This document shows, one piece after another, positions 41,066-54,297 of a DNA stretch of 64,000 nucleotides. A program made the position numbers and the translations under genes. Position 1 is the first letter of the stretch; the number at the start of each line of letters is the position of its first letter. The stretch comes from Octopus bimaculoides (lineage: Eukaryota): the NCBI RefSeq assembly GCF_001194135.2, contig NC_068982.1, positions 101,155,927 through 101,219,926 of the forward strand. Reading direction: 5' to 3'. The notes beneath the pieces were generated by a model. That model saw only the letters and a list, made by a program, of their open reading frames with translations. It was not told the origin of the DNA and made no database searches.

Positions 41066-42931
41066 TCTTTTAGTGAAAGAATATCTGATATATTCTCAAC
41101 TTTTCTGATAGTAATTCATGAATGACATTCAGGGGGAAATTAATTGCTTCTATGAAAATTTAAATAGATTGTAAAGGAGAGGCTTAGTGTTATGTTAAAT
41201 AGTTATCTAAAAGGGGAGCGAGAGAGATCTTCAAAAACCACTTAATAATGTCCATCTTCCATTTATTTTCCCCCGTTCTTCCTTCTTCCCCAACTCCTAT
41301 TTCTATCATATAGTTGGCTCTATCTATTTTTAGTCCCATTTGAAAAATAGACGTCTCTTTTCACAATTAGCCCTTCGTTTTATTGATTTGTCACCTGGTT
41401 TAAGACTAATATCCACGCGACTGGAAGTTGTCACCTATCTGACAGGATATATATATTATAAACTACAATAAATCTATTATTTGCATGATAGAAAAAAAGC
41501 GTTGACATCCTCTGTACGCCTAACTTTAGAGCGACTAAACCGCTTCGTGGTTATTCGTTCCATAAACTGTTTTGAGAATCAAAACGACGCTGTTTAACGA
41601 TTATGTTGAACAGTTTAGTTTTATACACTTAGTTTTGGATACAAAACATTGATTTCTTGAAAAACACTGTACAAGCTTAATATATACACACGTACATACA
41701 TACACACGTATGTATGTATGTATGTATGTATGTACGTACGTACGTACGTATGTATGTATATAATGAGAAAGAGAGAGAACAACGAAAATAAGAGTGGATG
41801 ATATTCATGCCTTTTTTCGAAGATACTGGCAACGTAAAAGAATTAAAATTGTTATGAACAGTATTTCCTTACTTTTATCTGCAATTGCGTTAAAAATTTA
41901 TCGCCTTGATAGCAACGTCTTCTATTTCGGCTCATATAATTTCGAAATATTACGAACTGTTTCCTTACAATAATTTCCAACTAACCATATATTTCTCTTG
42001 CTTTTAAAACCATTTTAACAAACGGAAGAAGCCTTCATTATTTCACCTTTTCATTATCTTCTCACCACCCTAAAAAAATCATAAAGAGTTGTGTATTTCA
42101 ATTTCAGATAATTGTTGTGCAATTTGGTCACAAATCGTCATTCCAGGAAACATGAACAATGTATTCTTCTTAAAAGTTCTTAAATCAGAATGGCCATTTA
42201 CGCTGAAGAGTCTTATTAAATGACTGGTGTTTTATTAATGTTTAAAGCAATAATATGAGAAGATAATTTTCTTAAGACATTTACAAACATATAATAAATA
42301 CAATCTCACGTAAAACAATGGAACACTCGCACAGAATTTTACGCACTTATATACACACATATACACTGATACAAGCTCAGATACAAACACATAGAGAATA
42401 ACATGTATTCCGCATATAGAATGATGTACTCGCAGTGCTTACGCATATTGATACATACACCCCTCGCAAACAGAATTATATATGTACACACATGTTTATA
42501 ATATCATATATATACATAGTACATATACATGCTCATTCTTTACATGCGCACGCACATCATCCCTGAATTTATTTTCGAGAAATAGAGACAAACAGTAATG
42601 CCGTGTCAATGTCGTTTCTTTTCTATTTCTCTAACATAAATTTTGGGGGAAATGTGTCTTCACTCTTCAATGCTTAACAGTTAGCAGGGATGGTGAGTGG
42701 TAAAACAATTCAGCGTCTCGTTTCCAGTGGGGGGGAAAAGTCAATGATAGCAACCCCACCACGTAAACATGGCAACTGCTGACATATTAAGTGTTTTATT
42801 ACGACAAATGTCAAAGAATCAGACTAGCTAGAACCATATCAGACTTGCTAAAAAAATCATCAAAGTTTGTATTGATAACAAATTAAAAATAATAAAAGGA
42901 ACAGAAAACCGATTAAATAAATACAAAAATC

Positions 42932-42980
<49 letters not shown>

Positions 42981-43375
42981 NNNNNNNNNNNNNNNNNNNN
43001 NNNNNNNNNNNNNNNNNNNNNNNNNNNNNNNNNNNNNNNNNNNNNNNNNNNNNNNNNNNNNNNNNNNNNNNNNNNNNNNNNNNNNNNNNNNNNNNNNNNN
43101 NNNNNNNNNNNNNNNNNNNNNNNNNNNNNNNNNNNNNNNNNNNNNNNNNNNNNNNNNNNNNNNNNNNNNNNNNNNNNNNNNNNNNNNNNNNNNNNNNNNN
43201 NNNNNNNNNNNNNNNNNNNNNNNNNNNNNNNNNNNNNNNNNNNNNNNNNNNNNNNNNNNNNNNNNNNNNNNNNNNNNNNNNNNNNNNNNNNNNNNNNNNN
43301 NNNNNNNNNNNNNNNNNNNNNNNNNNNNNNNNNNNNNNNNNNNNNNNNNNNNNNNNNNNNNNNNNNNNNNNNNNN

Positions 43376-43413
<38 letters not shown>

Positions 43414-43584
43414 ACTTACTTGTAAATGGATGCGTGGCGTTCTATCATATAATAGTATAAATAATATATAAATATATGCATATATACATACATATATGTA
43501 CATATCTACATATATATGTAGGTATGTACATATATGTGTGTATATATGCAAATCTTTATATATTATTTATATATTTGAAATTAT

Positions 43585-43615
<31 letters not shown>

Positions 43616-43909
43616 CAACAGTATTGATATAAATACCAGTGGATTTACTTCAGGAATAAACGAAACGGAGATTAAAGAAAGAGGTACCTTTTGACAAGTT
43701 ACCTGTGAGGGACCGATGCACGATGGATCGAAACGATCGTAGTGATTAATAAATGATCTCATGTATTCCATTTGCTTTCTCTCATATGTTATATACGCAC
43801 GCATATGATTTGGGGTACCCAAATCAGTATTGAAGTGAAGTTATGGTTTAAATGAAATGGTCGAATTATCAACATTATATATATATATATAAATATACAA
43901 GCATATATT

Positions 43910-44165
43910 TGTAGGCATAGCTGAGTATCGAACACGTTTGCTTCGGATCATGTTTGTTTCTAGTTCAAACCTGCCGTGTAACATCTTGTACAGACGGTTT
44001 TCTACTATAACCTCACAATTTGACCCAATTCTTTAGGGACGGAATTTGATAGAAAACTATGTATAAGCCGGCTGCGCACCGCACTTGTGTGGCACCCTCT
44101 TTATGTTTGTCTTTGTTACCGCTTGACAATCCGTATTGGTTTGTTTATTTCCCCGTTACTTCACG
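43910..44165 (+). mobile_element. Old SINE family B copy (other relics near 24430-24520 +, 34745-34885 +, 49810-49925 -)
   Basis: Degenerate B box (AGTTCAAACC), TTCTACTATAACCTC and GCTTGACAATCCG motifs. Confidence 0.65.
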
Positions 44166-44926
44166 ATTCTGAGATAAGGAGCGTGTGTGTGTGTGTATGT
44201 ATAATCTTGTGTCGTTTTCTTTTAAGACAGTAGGGTGATTTGATGTGATTTGATGAAGATTTTAGTATTATTTCTACGAAGTTTTGGAAGCATGTACAAA
44301 CTCCTTGCTTGGCGAGAGAGAGAGAGAGAGAGAGAGAAAGAGGGAGAGAAAGAAAGAATTGTGAAAGTAGGTGAAGCAAGGAAATAGCTGAACCAAGGAC
44401 AAAAACCATATCATAATCATGCATTTCAAGAAGTTTGCCACTTCCCTGCAGAGCAGATACATGCACAGATATGAGCAGAAAAGAATCAACATTACAACAA
44501 AATTACAAATTCAAAGATTACACTAAGATCGTGTTATTACTTGAAACACCTTTTATTATCGCAGCCTAAACATCCACCCTTGATTAGCACGACATGCTTC
44601 ACTAAGCATGTGAATAACAGCTTCGGTGTTGTTTGCACATGACTTCTCGTGCAAAAAAGTTTTCAAATGAAAATTACAGATTGTTATAACCGAGTTATTG
44701 AGTGAATTTATTTTCCACTGGTTTTGCATTGAAGACTTCTATTACATCCTACCTTCTCTATAACACATATGCCTTTCTCAAGATTACCCGTGAAATACAA
44801 AATAGTTTTATACAGGACCGCGTCAGTAACATTTACATCCCGGACAAATTCTGCGCATCCAACGGAAACTTTCAAATTGGCAGAAGACTAAAAGACAATA
44901 ACTACAAGTTATATCTATTTTCACAA

Positions 44927-45139
44927 AGGCGGCGAGCTGGCAAAATCGTTAGCACGCCGGGCAAAATGCTCTGTGGTATTTCGTCCGTCTTTACGTTCTG
45001 GGTTGAAATTCTGCCGAGGTCGACTTTGCCTATCATCCTTTCAGAGTCGATGAAATAAGTACCAGTTGAACATTGGGGTAGGTGTAATCGACTTACTCCC
45101 TCCCTCGGAATTGCTGGCCTTGTGTCAAAATTTGGAATC
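44927..45139 (+). mobile_element. SINE family A, tail ending GCCTTGTGTCAAAATTTGGAATC
   Basis: Full head and core match to the other copies. Confidence 0.92.
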
Positions 45140-45170
45140 CGTGTCTATATCCATAGGTAGATGGAGAGAA

Positions 45171-45404
45171 GGCGGCGAGCTGGCAGAATCGTTAGCACAC
45201 AGGGCGAAATGCTTATCGGTATTTCGTCTGCCGTTACGTTCTGAGTTCAAATTCTACCGAGGTCGACTTTGCCTTTCATCCTTTCGGGGTCGATAAATTA
45301 AGTACCAGTTACGCACTGCGGTCAATGTAATCGACTTAATCCCTTTGTCTGTCCTTGTTTGTCCCCTCTATGTTTAGCCTCTTGCGAGCAATAAAGGAAT
45401 AAGA
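45171..45404 (+). mobile_element. Young SINE family A, tail type 2, with target-site duplication
   Basis: Near-consensus head and core; distinct tail ...TGTCCCCTCTATGTTTAGCCTCTTGCGAGCAATAAAGGAATAAG; AGATGGAGAGAAGG duplicated at 45159-45172 and 45402-45415. Confidence 0.94.
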
Positions 45405-47736
45405 TGGAGAGAAGGGTGCGTGGTCTTTGATGTAGATTCCAATTCAGACCGAAACCGATTAGGCTAATTACTTGTCTTCCCACGAAAATTTTAAAAGAGA
45501 AATTTGTATTTATCCATATGTATTAGATTACACATCTCTGGCTAAAATTTGTATTGCTTATAATTTAATAAACCTTACTATTATACATTTCAGATTATGT
45601 AACATAAACAGTTGAGTACATCATTAATTAATGAATATGTTAAGGTGATGTGATATATTTCCTAGAAACCGATTCTATTCTTTCGAGCTGTCAATAATGT
45701 TTAAATATTTAAATACACTTAAGATGTCTTTAATGGTAAATCGGGGTTAATTAATGTGAACACATTATATCAATTTCCACATTCTATTTTTATCTCCTTT
45801 TATCAATTGTTCATTGTTTACAAATTACTCGAATCAGTGTTTTCCAATTAGATATTGTTGTAGTTTTTTTAAACTGTTGAGAATGTCCAAACCAGCATAA
45901 GAATTTGAACACAGCACTGTAAGCTACAATTCCGTGATCGTTCAACTGGTTAGAAACAGCTGCAAAATCTTCCTTAGACTATACCCTACAGTTTTGAAAA
46001 AAAAAAAAAAAGAAAAAAAAAAAGAAAAAGGAAAACCACAAGGCAGAATATAGTTTTAGATAGGCAATTACTGAGAAAGAGAAGAGATGGCTGTGGTAGC
46101 AAGGTCTGTTCAGTCGGAGCCAACCCCGCTGCTGAACGTGAACAACCAAAATGCCAACACTACTTTCTCTCCCTACCACTTCCAGACGTTGGGCTAAGAC
46201 CTGAAAGTTAGATTCTTCATTCCTCACACCAATTAAACTTAACAAACTTGCTATATGTTCTCCGGTGTATAAATTATTGCTGACACACATCATCACCAGT
46301 TTTATTCTAGATTTTCCTCAAGTAATAAATACTAGTGAATTATATAACATTCTACCCACTGCCTACAGTATTGATCTGCATATATTTTCATGTTACCCAT
46401 TTATAATTTACATTCAAAGCTAAACTAATAAAGCACCTTAACTAAGATCACAGTACAACGATTTCTGGTCAATTGTCTGACGCTATAAATTTAGCTACAG
46501 CTAACGAATAGGGCGGCTTAACCTGGAACTAAACAACTATTAAAAATAAAACACAAAATTTTTTTACACATTTTGCACAAAGAATATAGTACGTTTAGGG
46601 AACTGGGTTATGGCAGTCAGTGACCGTAAAACGTTGTTAACAATATCTTTTTAGAGGTATGAAACTATGAAAGAATCAAAATAAACTATTTCAGAATACC
46701 GATTGTTTGATTGTTGACTGTGGGTCAGTACTGCATATTATCAATTGAATTAAGGAAGCGCGGATTCGGATTCCATCCGTAACTTTTGTTTCCCCTTATA
46801 TTGTTTTATTATTGCATTCATCCTTCCACATCTCATTGGAAATGTTTGATAACCCCAAGTTTTCTCTATTAGAGCTGTATTTAAGATGACATTTTCTAGT
46901 GTGTTCAGTTTTTGGAAAGGCTGTAGGGTTTAATTAGAGGAAACGTTGGCTGCTATTTCATCCTGGTCGAGTAGCTGTGCACTCCAATTTCACTTGGTTG
47001 TTTTACTTAACATCCATTGAAAAGTTGCTAATGGGGATGAAAATTGCAAAAATATGAATTGTAATTTGGTTTCAAAATATAAGTAATTCAGTTAATTATG
47101 ATTTAAGCTACAATTTCTTTGAGTGCGGGAATAGCATTGTGATAAATAAGCTCGCTTTACAATTACATGACTCCGACTTTGATCTTATTGAAAGGCATTT
47201 TACGAAATATCTTCTACACATCATCGAGGGGAACAATGCATTGTGACTGGAGTTTGATAGACTATTTGATATGATTTTTGTTGATTTTAAAAACTTTTCC
47301 AAGATATGTATGTGCGTGTGTGTGTGTATGTGTGATTATATTTACCATAGTAATCTGATGTTGAGTATGCTGAGTTGTGTCCCCTTATATCAAAACGCTT
47401 CGATTTTGCGGTTAGAGATCGATAGAATAAATAGGGATGTCGAAATGCGGCTAAAATAATTTTTTAGATGGTACAACGATTCAGCATGGTTACAGTCTAA
47501 TGACTATAAACCTACAAAAGAACAAACAAAAAGATATACAGAATTATCAGCAAATCACACTTTCCTTTCTTTCACAAAGAACAGGTTGGATAGTGTAGTC
47601 CTAGATATACAAAGTCTTAAAATAAGATCGGATGATCAGAGCTGATATAGTTTTGATAATAATTCGACTACCAACACTACTTAAATATAAATATAAAAAA
47701 TTATAAAGTCAAGAAAATGATATATATATATATTAC

Positions 47737-47817
<81 letters not shown>

Positions 47818-48450
47818 ACGTAGTCGTAATGTCTGTCAGAAAGCCATCAAGTCTCTATAAAATAAAATTTCACGTTCTTGAAAAAGAAGAGCACATTAGT
47901 TAAAGCAGTCTTCGATACACGATGATCTAGAAAGTTATGGAGTAGATTTGCTTAGTCAGATCTAACCTGGGCTTAAACAATGACGACAACAGACACAAAA
48001 TTTAGCATTGGAACAGACATAGATATCCGCATTGCCATAAGCGCGCATACTCAAACGCACCACGTCTGTATACGTCAAACTTAATTGAAACACGCACACT
48101 TATATATCTGTCAATGTATACACCCACATATTAACGGAATCCTATGCAAACATATACGCAGAGTCCCATACAAACTGGTTCTGTCAGCTAGGTACCAAAT
48201 TCCTCAGTAGAAAAGACAAATTTAAAGCTAAAGAGTTCGTTTAGCTGTCAGATGTCTATTTGGTGAAATGATGCTGACCTGCCATAGCAAATATCCCGCT
48301 GATTCTATGGCAGAGGAATTCGGTTTAAATATGATGTCCTTTTTAAACCAATTAACTCGTCCTTTTACATTTGGAAGCACACACACACACACAGAGACAC
48401 ACAGACACACAGACACACATCACATCATATCACATCACACAACACGCACG

Positions 48451-48491
<41 letters not shown>

Positions 48492-48530
48492 AGACACATC
48501 ACATCACATCATATCACATCATACAACACG

Positions 48531-48593
<63 letters not shown>

Positions 48594-49956
48594 TACAGAC
48601 ATGCAAACATCATACATACGTTCAAACACACGACTGTTCTTTCGCCGTGGGTTACTCTGAATAAATTTTGTTCGGAAATCTTTCTGCTGGTTTTAATATG
48701 GCAGACTGTTCGAGAGTAACGGAAATAACGAAGTACTGAACTTGCCTTACTTAAATTCGTTTCTTAATAAAACGAAACTAATTCACGTTGGAGTTGAGCT
48801 TACTTTTTAACCGACCGAGGCCGAATCAAAATCTGTTAAGATTTGAACTTACGACAGAAAGATAACGAAACAGACCTAGTTACTCTCAGTCAGCTTCAAG
48901 AATTAAGTATAAACAAATATTTCTTATTCCTTTATATAAAGTGAGGAGAAAGCCTTAAGTTCGGCTCCCTATTGTCTGAAAGAGATATAATCTGGGAACC
49001 TTAATTCTCATTTGGTCAAAATGGTTGTGAATATATATCTACGTACGCGCGTTTGAACAAGATCTTCAGAGAAAATATTTATGAAGATCAAGCGAAGGAA
49101 AGCCAAAGGTATAAAAACGAGTAAAAATGTGAAAATGCTAATACCGTATGAAACATAAATTATCGCTTTTTCAATTAAATGAGGAAGTGATAGACATCAA
49201 ATGTACGTATTTTCGTCTAACGGAAATTGTTAAAAGAAATAGCAGGCTTTATCTTATCGATTGCTGCCAAGTCTAATTTACACGTGACCTATCTATACGT
49301 ACACACACACACACACATACACACACACACACAAATTAAAGAAAGAGAGAAGATCAGTATGGCATACGAGAAGAAATATAAATGTATGAGAACCAAGCAA
49401 CGCCTCTTTCACATCTCGTTACAACAAGCGATGACTGCATAACATATTCGTATATTCTCAATTGAATCGACTTCTCTCATTAATATACGAACACATTAAG
49501 ATTTTAAATATCAACGTGTTCGTATATTAACGTTTGGAATCATAGCAATGCAAGGATTATGTGTGTATGTGTGTGTGTGTGTGCGTGTGTGTGAGCGCAT
49601 AAAATAACAATTACACACACACACATACATATACACACACATGAAAGGGTCTCTGTCGGTTTCGACAACGAGAATTTCGTTTTATCAACTGAATTACTTG
49701 CTCGTTGAAATAGCATATAACTGGCTGAGTATTGCACAGATACATAACGTATTACCAACCCAGTATCAGCATGATATAGTGTGTGACAACTCTCAATGAC
49801 AATTACAATCGAACCTTAGGGCTTCTATACAGTTTCCGTCCACCCAATTTCACTCACAAAGTATGGATCGATCCCAGGCTATACAAAATGATACTCAAAA
49901 GGTACTTGTCCAGGATACAATGCTCTAGATATATGTATGTATGTATGCATGTGTGC

Positions 49957-50010
<54 letters not shown>

Positions 50011-50289
50011 ATGTGTATATGTGTATCAGTGTATGTGTACATGTGTATAGAGACATATATTCATTTGCGTACATTTCAAAATGTGTATTCTGCCCCCACG
50101 TCACTGTAAATAGATGTTATATACTTTGAGAGAACTTAGATCAATGTTAACATTAGAATATCTTTTTTCTTTGCTGTTGTTTTTTAAGTGAGGATAGGAG
50201 GTTCTTCACAATGTTAAATGAGCCGGGGTCGCCTAGTTGCAAGCGGGTTGCTTAACTCTAGTAACTTTCTTTGGAATTCTTGTAAAATC

Positions 50290-50450
50290 ACAAGCACGCC
50301 GGACAAAATGCTTAGAGGCATTTCTTCCGACTTCAAATGCCTTTCATCCTTTCGAGGTCGATAAAATAAGTATTAGTTGAGCATTGGGGGTCGATGTAAT
50401 CGACTTACCTTTCCCCGAAATTGCTGGCAGTATGCGAAAATTTTAAAAAC
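50290..50450 (+). mobile_element. SINE family A with an internal deletion
   Basis: GCACGCCGGACAAAATGCTTAG...CTTTCATCCTTTCGAGGTCGATAAAATAAGT...GGGGTCGATGTAATCGACT. Confidence 0.85.
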
Positions 50451-51078
50451 CAGTATTATGGCGACATATTAAGATAAATTATAATTTAGAATTGGGTTGA
50501 TGTATAAGCGTCATTAACTGTTCACACAGTCCAGTTTTGGATTCTGAAATGAAACCGGTAATATTTGTGTTTTCTAATGAAAAAACAATGATATAGAGAT
50601 TAAAAGATTTCCTCACTAATAAACTTGTATGTGTGTGGTTATTGTTGCTGTTTAGCCTGAAGTCATCCCTACTAGAGCAATCAAAGTCGTTCTAACTACG
50701 ACCATCTTGTAAAACTGAAAGGACATATGTAGTCGTACCTAATAAGGTACGACTACATATGTCCTTTCAGTTTTACAAAAAGTAGGTTGTGATTTCATCG
50801 AGATTTGGTTAGTATTTCTTGTGACAAACTAGGAGGAAAAGAAGCAAGAAAACAAACAAACAAAAGACAGTAAAAGAATGTGTGCATGTGTGTGTGCGCA
50901 CCTATATTTGTAATGTGTGTGTGCGTGTGAGCAAAATACAAGTGATATGTTTTCTACAGGTGTAGTTGACGTTAACTCTAATCTCTGTTGACAGAGACAC
51001 CGCTCGTCCTTCACCAAAATATAAAAAAAATCTTTGGGTTTCCAATGTCAATTTTGGTAACACTATAATATCGTTGAC

Positions 51079-51108
51079 AGTAGCAGTAGTAGTAGCAGTA
51101 GCAGTAGC

Positions 51109-51166
<58 letters not shown>
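51079..51166. repeat. (TAG/CAG)n microsatellite (others: (AG)n 47737-47813, (ACT)n 57359-57420, (GA)n-(TG)n 59919-60032, poly-A 38616-38659)
   Basis: Read directly. Confidence 0.97.
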
Positions 51167-51167
<1 letters not shown>

Positions 51168-51354
51168 GGAATGTCTGATAGTGGTATCATACTTTCTTTG
51201 TAGCAGGACCGATATGTGGATGAAATTCGTGGCATTAGTGTTACTAAATCAGACAATGGAGAAAGGTGGTTATGATCGTTTGATGGTAACGAAGACGATG
51301 GAGAAGGCAGAGTTAGCTGTAGAAGCTGAAAATGAGGTAACAGAGAAAGACACG

Positions 51355-51575
51355 GTGCTGTTGTTGTCGCTGGTGTTGCCAAGCCCCAGGTCAGCCCTGA
51401 TGCAGAAAACTTATGATGGAAGTACTCCAGCTTTAAATCATTCAGGCTTTTTAGACACTTCGTGGACTACATTATTTAACGTGTCGTTGTTACTTAAAAC
51501 GGTAGGGTGAGACTTGCGGGAGATTTGGTTGCTATTTCTACTTGATCGAGCGACGCTTAGCGATTCATTGTTGGC
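51355..51575 (+). repeat. Unclassified short interspersed repeat (family D); other copies near 5650-5805 -, 45905-45995 -, 47895-47990 -, 50640-50825 +
   Basis: Shared ordered motifs AGCCCCAGGTCAGCCCTGAT...GGACTACAT...GTAGGGTG...GAGATTTGG.TGCTATTTCT across the copies. Confidence 0.6.
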
Positions 51576-51592
51576 TTGTTGTTCTTATAGAT

Positions 51593-51803
51593 AGTGATGA
51601 GCTGGCAGCATCGTTAGCGCGGCGGACAAAATGTTTATCTTTATTTCTTTCGGCTTTTTCACGTTCTGAGTTTAGAATGCCACCGATGTCGACTTTACCT
51701 TTCACCCGATGAAAAAGTACCAGTTGAGCACTCCAGTTGATGTGATCGACTGACTAGACTCGCATCCCCGAAATTTCAGGCCTCGTACCTTTAGTTGAAA
51801 GGA
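51593..51803 (+). mobile_element. SINE family A with an (ATT)n tail
   Basis: GAGCTGGCAGCATCGTTAGC head; tail GAAATTTCAGGCCTCGTACCTTTAGTTGAAAGG followed by (ATT)n. Confidence 0.85.
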
Positions 51804-51809
51804 TTATTA

Positions 51810-51865
<56 letters not shown>

Positions 51866-51868
51866 GTT

Positions 51869-51984
51869 CAGTAGTTTTATTTTTATAACGTGCTTTCACT
51901 TCACTACCGAGCGCAGCTCTGTGCGCCTTAGGTATGTGCTGTGGTTTGCTGAGGTGCTCTTATGGTTACTGTATTGAAAGTGTT
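51869..51984 (-). mobile_element. Very short 3' fragment of Dong/R4 family 1
   Basis: Reverse complement closely matches 14160-14270 (TTTCAATACAGTAA...GGCGCACAGAGCTGCGCTCGGTAGTGAAGTGAAAGCACGTTATAAAAATAAAACTACTG); (TTA)n on both sides of the + strand. Confidence 0.93.
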
Positions 51985-51998
51985 ATTATTATTATTAT

Positions 51999-52298
51999 TT
52001 TATGTTTGACTTTTGTTTTGCATTTGTACAAGTTGGATCCAAGTCTCACCCAGAGACCTCAAGAGACAACAAGTTAGAAGTTCATGTAGGTGTTATGCCT
52101 AGGGTACCATATATTTGGATTTGTACAGTTTTGTTCAAGTGAATGTTTAAGAAACCATAAGAAAATTATGTTTGCTTTAAAATTTGAGATCACATAGACA
52201 GTATTTTACGTAGGATATGGGCAGTTCCCATGAGCACTATCTTTTGGACTTCAGCCATTTTGGGGTTTCCTGGTATCTGAGCTAGGTAGTAATCAGCC

Positions 52299-52300
<2 letters not shown>
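51999..52300 (-). mobile_element. 3' fragment of a second Dong/R4 family (family 2)
   Basis: Minus strand translates ADYYLAQIPGNPKMAEVQKIVLMGTAHILRKILSM* (stop 52190-52192), sharing QKI.L.GTAHILRK with family 1, followed by a different ~190-bp UTR; flanked by (TTA)n. Confidence 0.88.
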
Positions 52301-52342
<42 letters not shown>

Positions 52343-53346
52343 CTATGAAGTATTTGTTGTTGTTAACACCCAGGTTAGCATTGGTTGTTAGAACTATAAC
52401 CGAACGTGTTTCAGACACAACCATACTTTCTTGGACATAATACGTATATGCGTGTGTGCTTGTGTAATTGTATGTTTTTGTGTGTGAATGTATGTATGTA
52501 TGTATGCGTGGGTATAGGTGTATGTATGAGAGAGGGGGGTATATTTTCAGAGTGAATTTCACTTTTTAAAACGGAAGGGCATAGGTTAAAAGAGCTTGGG
52601 TCGCTACTTCTAGCATGTCGAGTAACCTTATAAAGATTCACTCGTTGGTGGTTCTTGTTAGTTTTAGTTGTAATTGCATCAAAATGATTCTTTTAATGGG
52701 AATTGTTATAAAATGGTAAGTATGACGTGGGGACAACATGCAATAAATAAACGCGTGATTATTTATTTTTACCCGTTATCTATCCTCTCTTCTTTACCAA
52801 ACTTCCTACTCCAGAATCTGAAGATGCAGCAAGAACCATGTAACTCGATATCCTGAGATATTTACTCAGTGGAACATGTTGGATATGATCTCGTCCATTC
52901 ACTTGCTGGAACGCACTTATCAAATAGATTCTGCCTACCTGCCAATCTGTCTCTCTCTCTCATTCTCTCTCTTTCACTCTCTCCCTCTATTCGATCGTTC
53001 AGATCCAAATTCTACTGAAAATGCAGTCATTGAAGATTTGACCAACACAATAACAAGTCTTAAGTAATGGCGTTACATTCCCAGTACGCCCTGTTTTTCA
53101 TATGTAGTTCAAACAACACAGTATTTTTTTTGTTTCGATTTACCAACAATGCTTTTCGTTGTATGAAACCTATTTCTGTATATAAATGAGTATCACAAGA
53201 ACTGATATACTAAAACACAGAACACCAAGCTTTTAAAGTATAATTAACGTCTTCATTACAACTCACTTAATCATATTTACAGTTTAACCTGATCTGTTTA
53301 CTTAACATAAGCAAATGCTTCATCGTCTGCTTGGCAGAAAATAGCA

Positions 53347-53384
<38 letters not shown>

Positions 53385-53799
53385 CATATACATCTATTAT
53401 GAATGTATATTTATATATAATGTTTGCTCATTGCATATTGCAGGGCAAATTTTATTGGGTGTATAGGCTCTGGAATTCAAGTAATTCCGCAACAGATGAT
53501 AACCATTTCATCATAGCACCGTAACTTAAATGCATATTCTTTGCTTCTCTGCTTAGCCGCAATGCTCGGATGACTATATCAGCTAGCAGACACTTCTTGG
53601 AAAATGTTTCTATGCTACTATTCTGAATTACCCACCAATTAACTATTTTCACGCCGAAATTATATGCTCTTCATGTCATTCTATGGTTTGTCTTGATTAT
53701 GCGTCACTCAAGAGGTGCAATAAGACTGAAACATGCCAATAGTTGTCTTCCCATAGTTTAGTAAAGACAGGGCTCACTTCCCACTGTATATATATGTGT

Positions 53800-53885
<86 letters not shown>

Positions 53886-54045
53886 AAGTTCAGGTATGAT
53901 ACATGTGTATATAATTGTTAATTCAAGAGATTTTTTATTTAATTTATATTCTTATTTTCACAATCTGAGATTTTAATTTAGATTTCCTACCCTCATCTGG
54001 AACAGAGTTATCTCGGTGTAGCCTACGTTAGTGATGATGGTTATG

Positions 54046-54077
<32 letters not shown>

Positions 54078-54084
54078 TATAATT

Positions 54085-54297
54085 AGGCAGCGAGCTGGGA
54101 GAATCATTAGCGCGCCGGACAAAATGCTTAGCGGTATTTCGCCCGTCCCTGCGTTCTAAGTTCAAATTCCGCCAAGGTCGACTTTGCATTTCATCCTTTC
54201 GGGGTCGATAAATTAAGTACCAGTGAAACACCGGGATCGATGTAATCGACAAGTCCCCTGCCCGCAAATTTCAGGCCTTGTGCCTTCAGCAGAAAGG
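54085..54297 (+). mobile_element. SINE family A, full length, within (ATT)n
   Basis: Near-consensus copy with ATT-type repeats on both flanks. Confidence 0.93.

Noticed and set aside
43700-43740. Second hammerhead-like string ending CGAAAC
   Set aside because: No valid CUGAnGA core.
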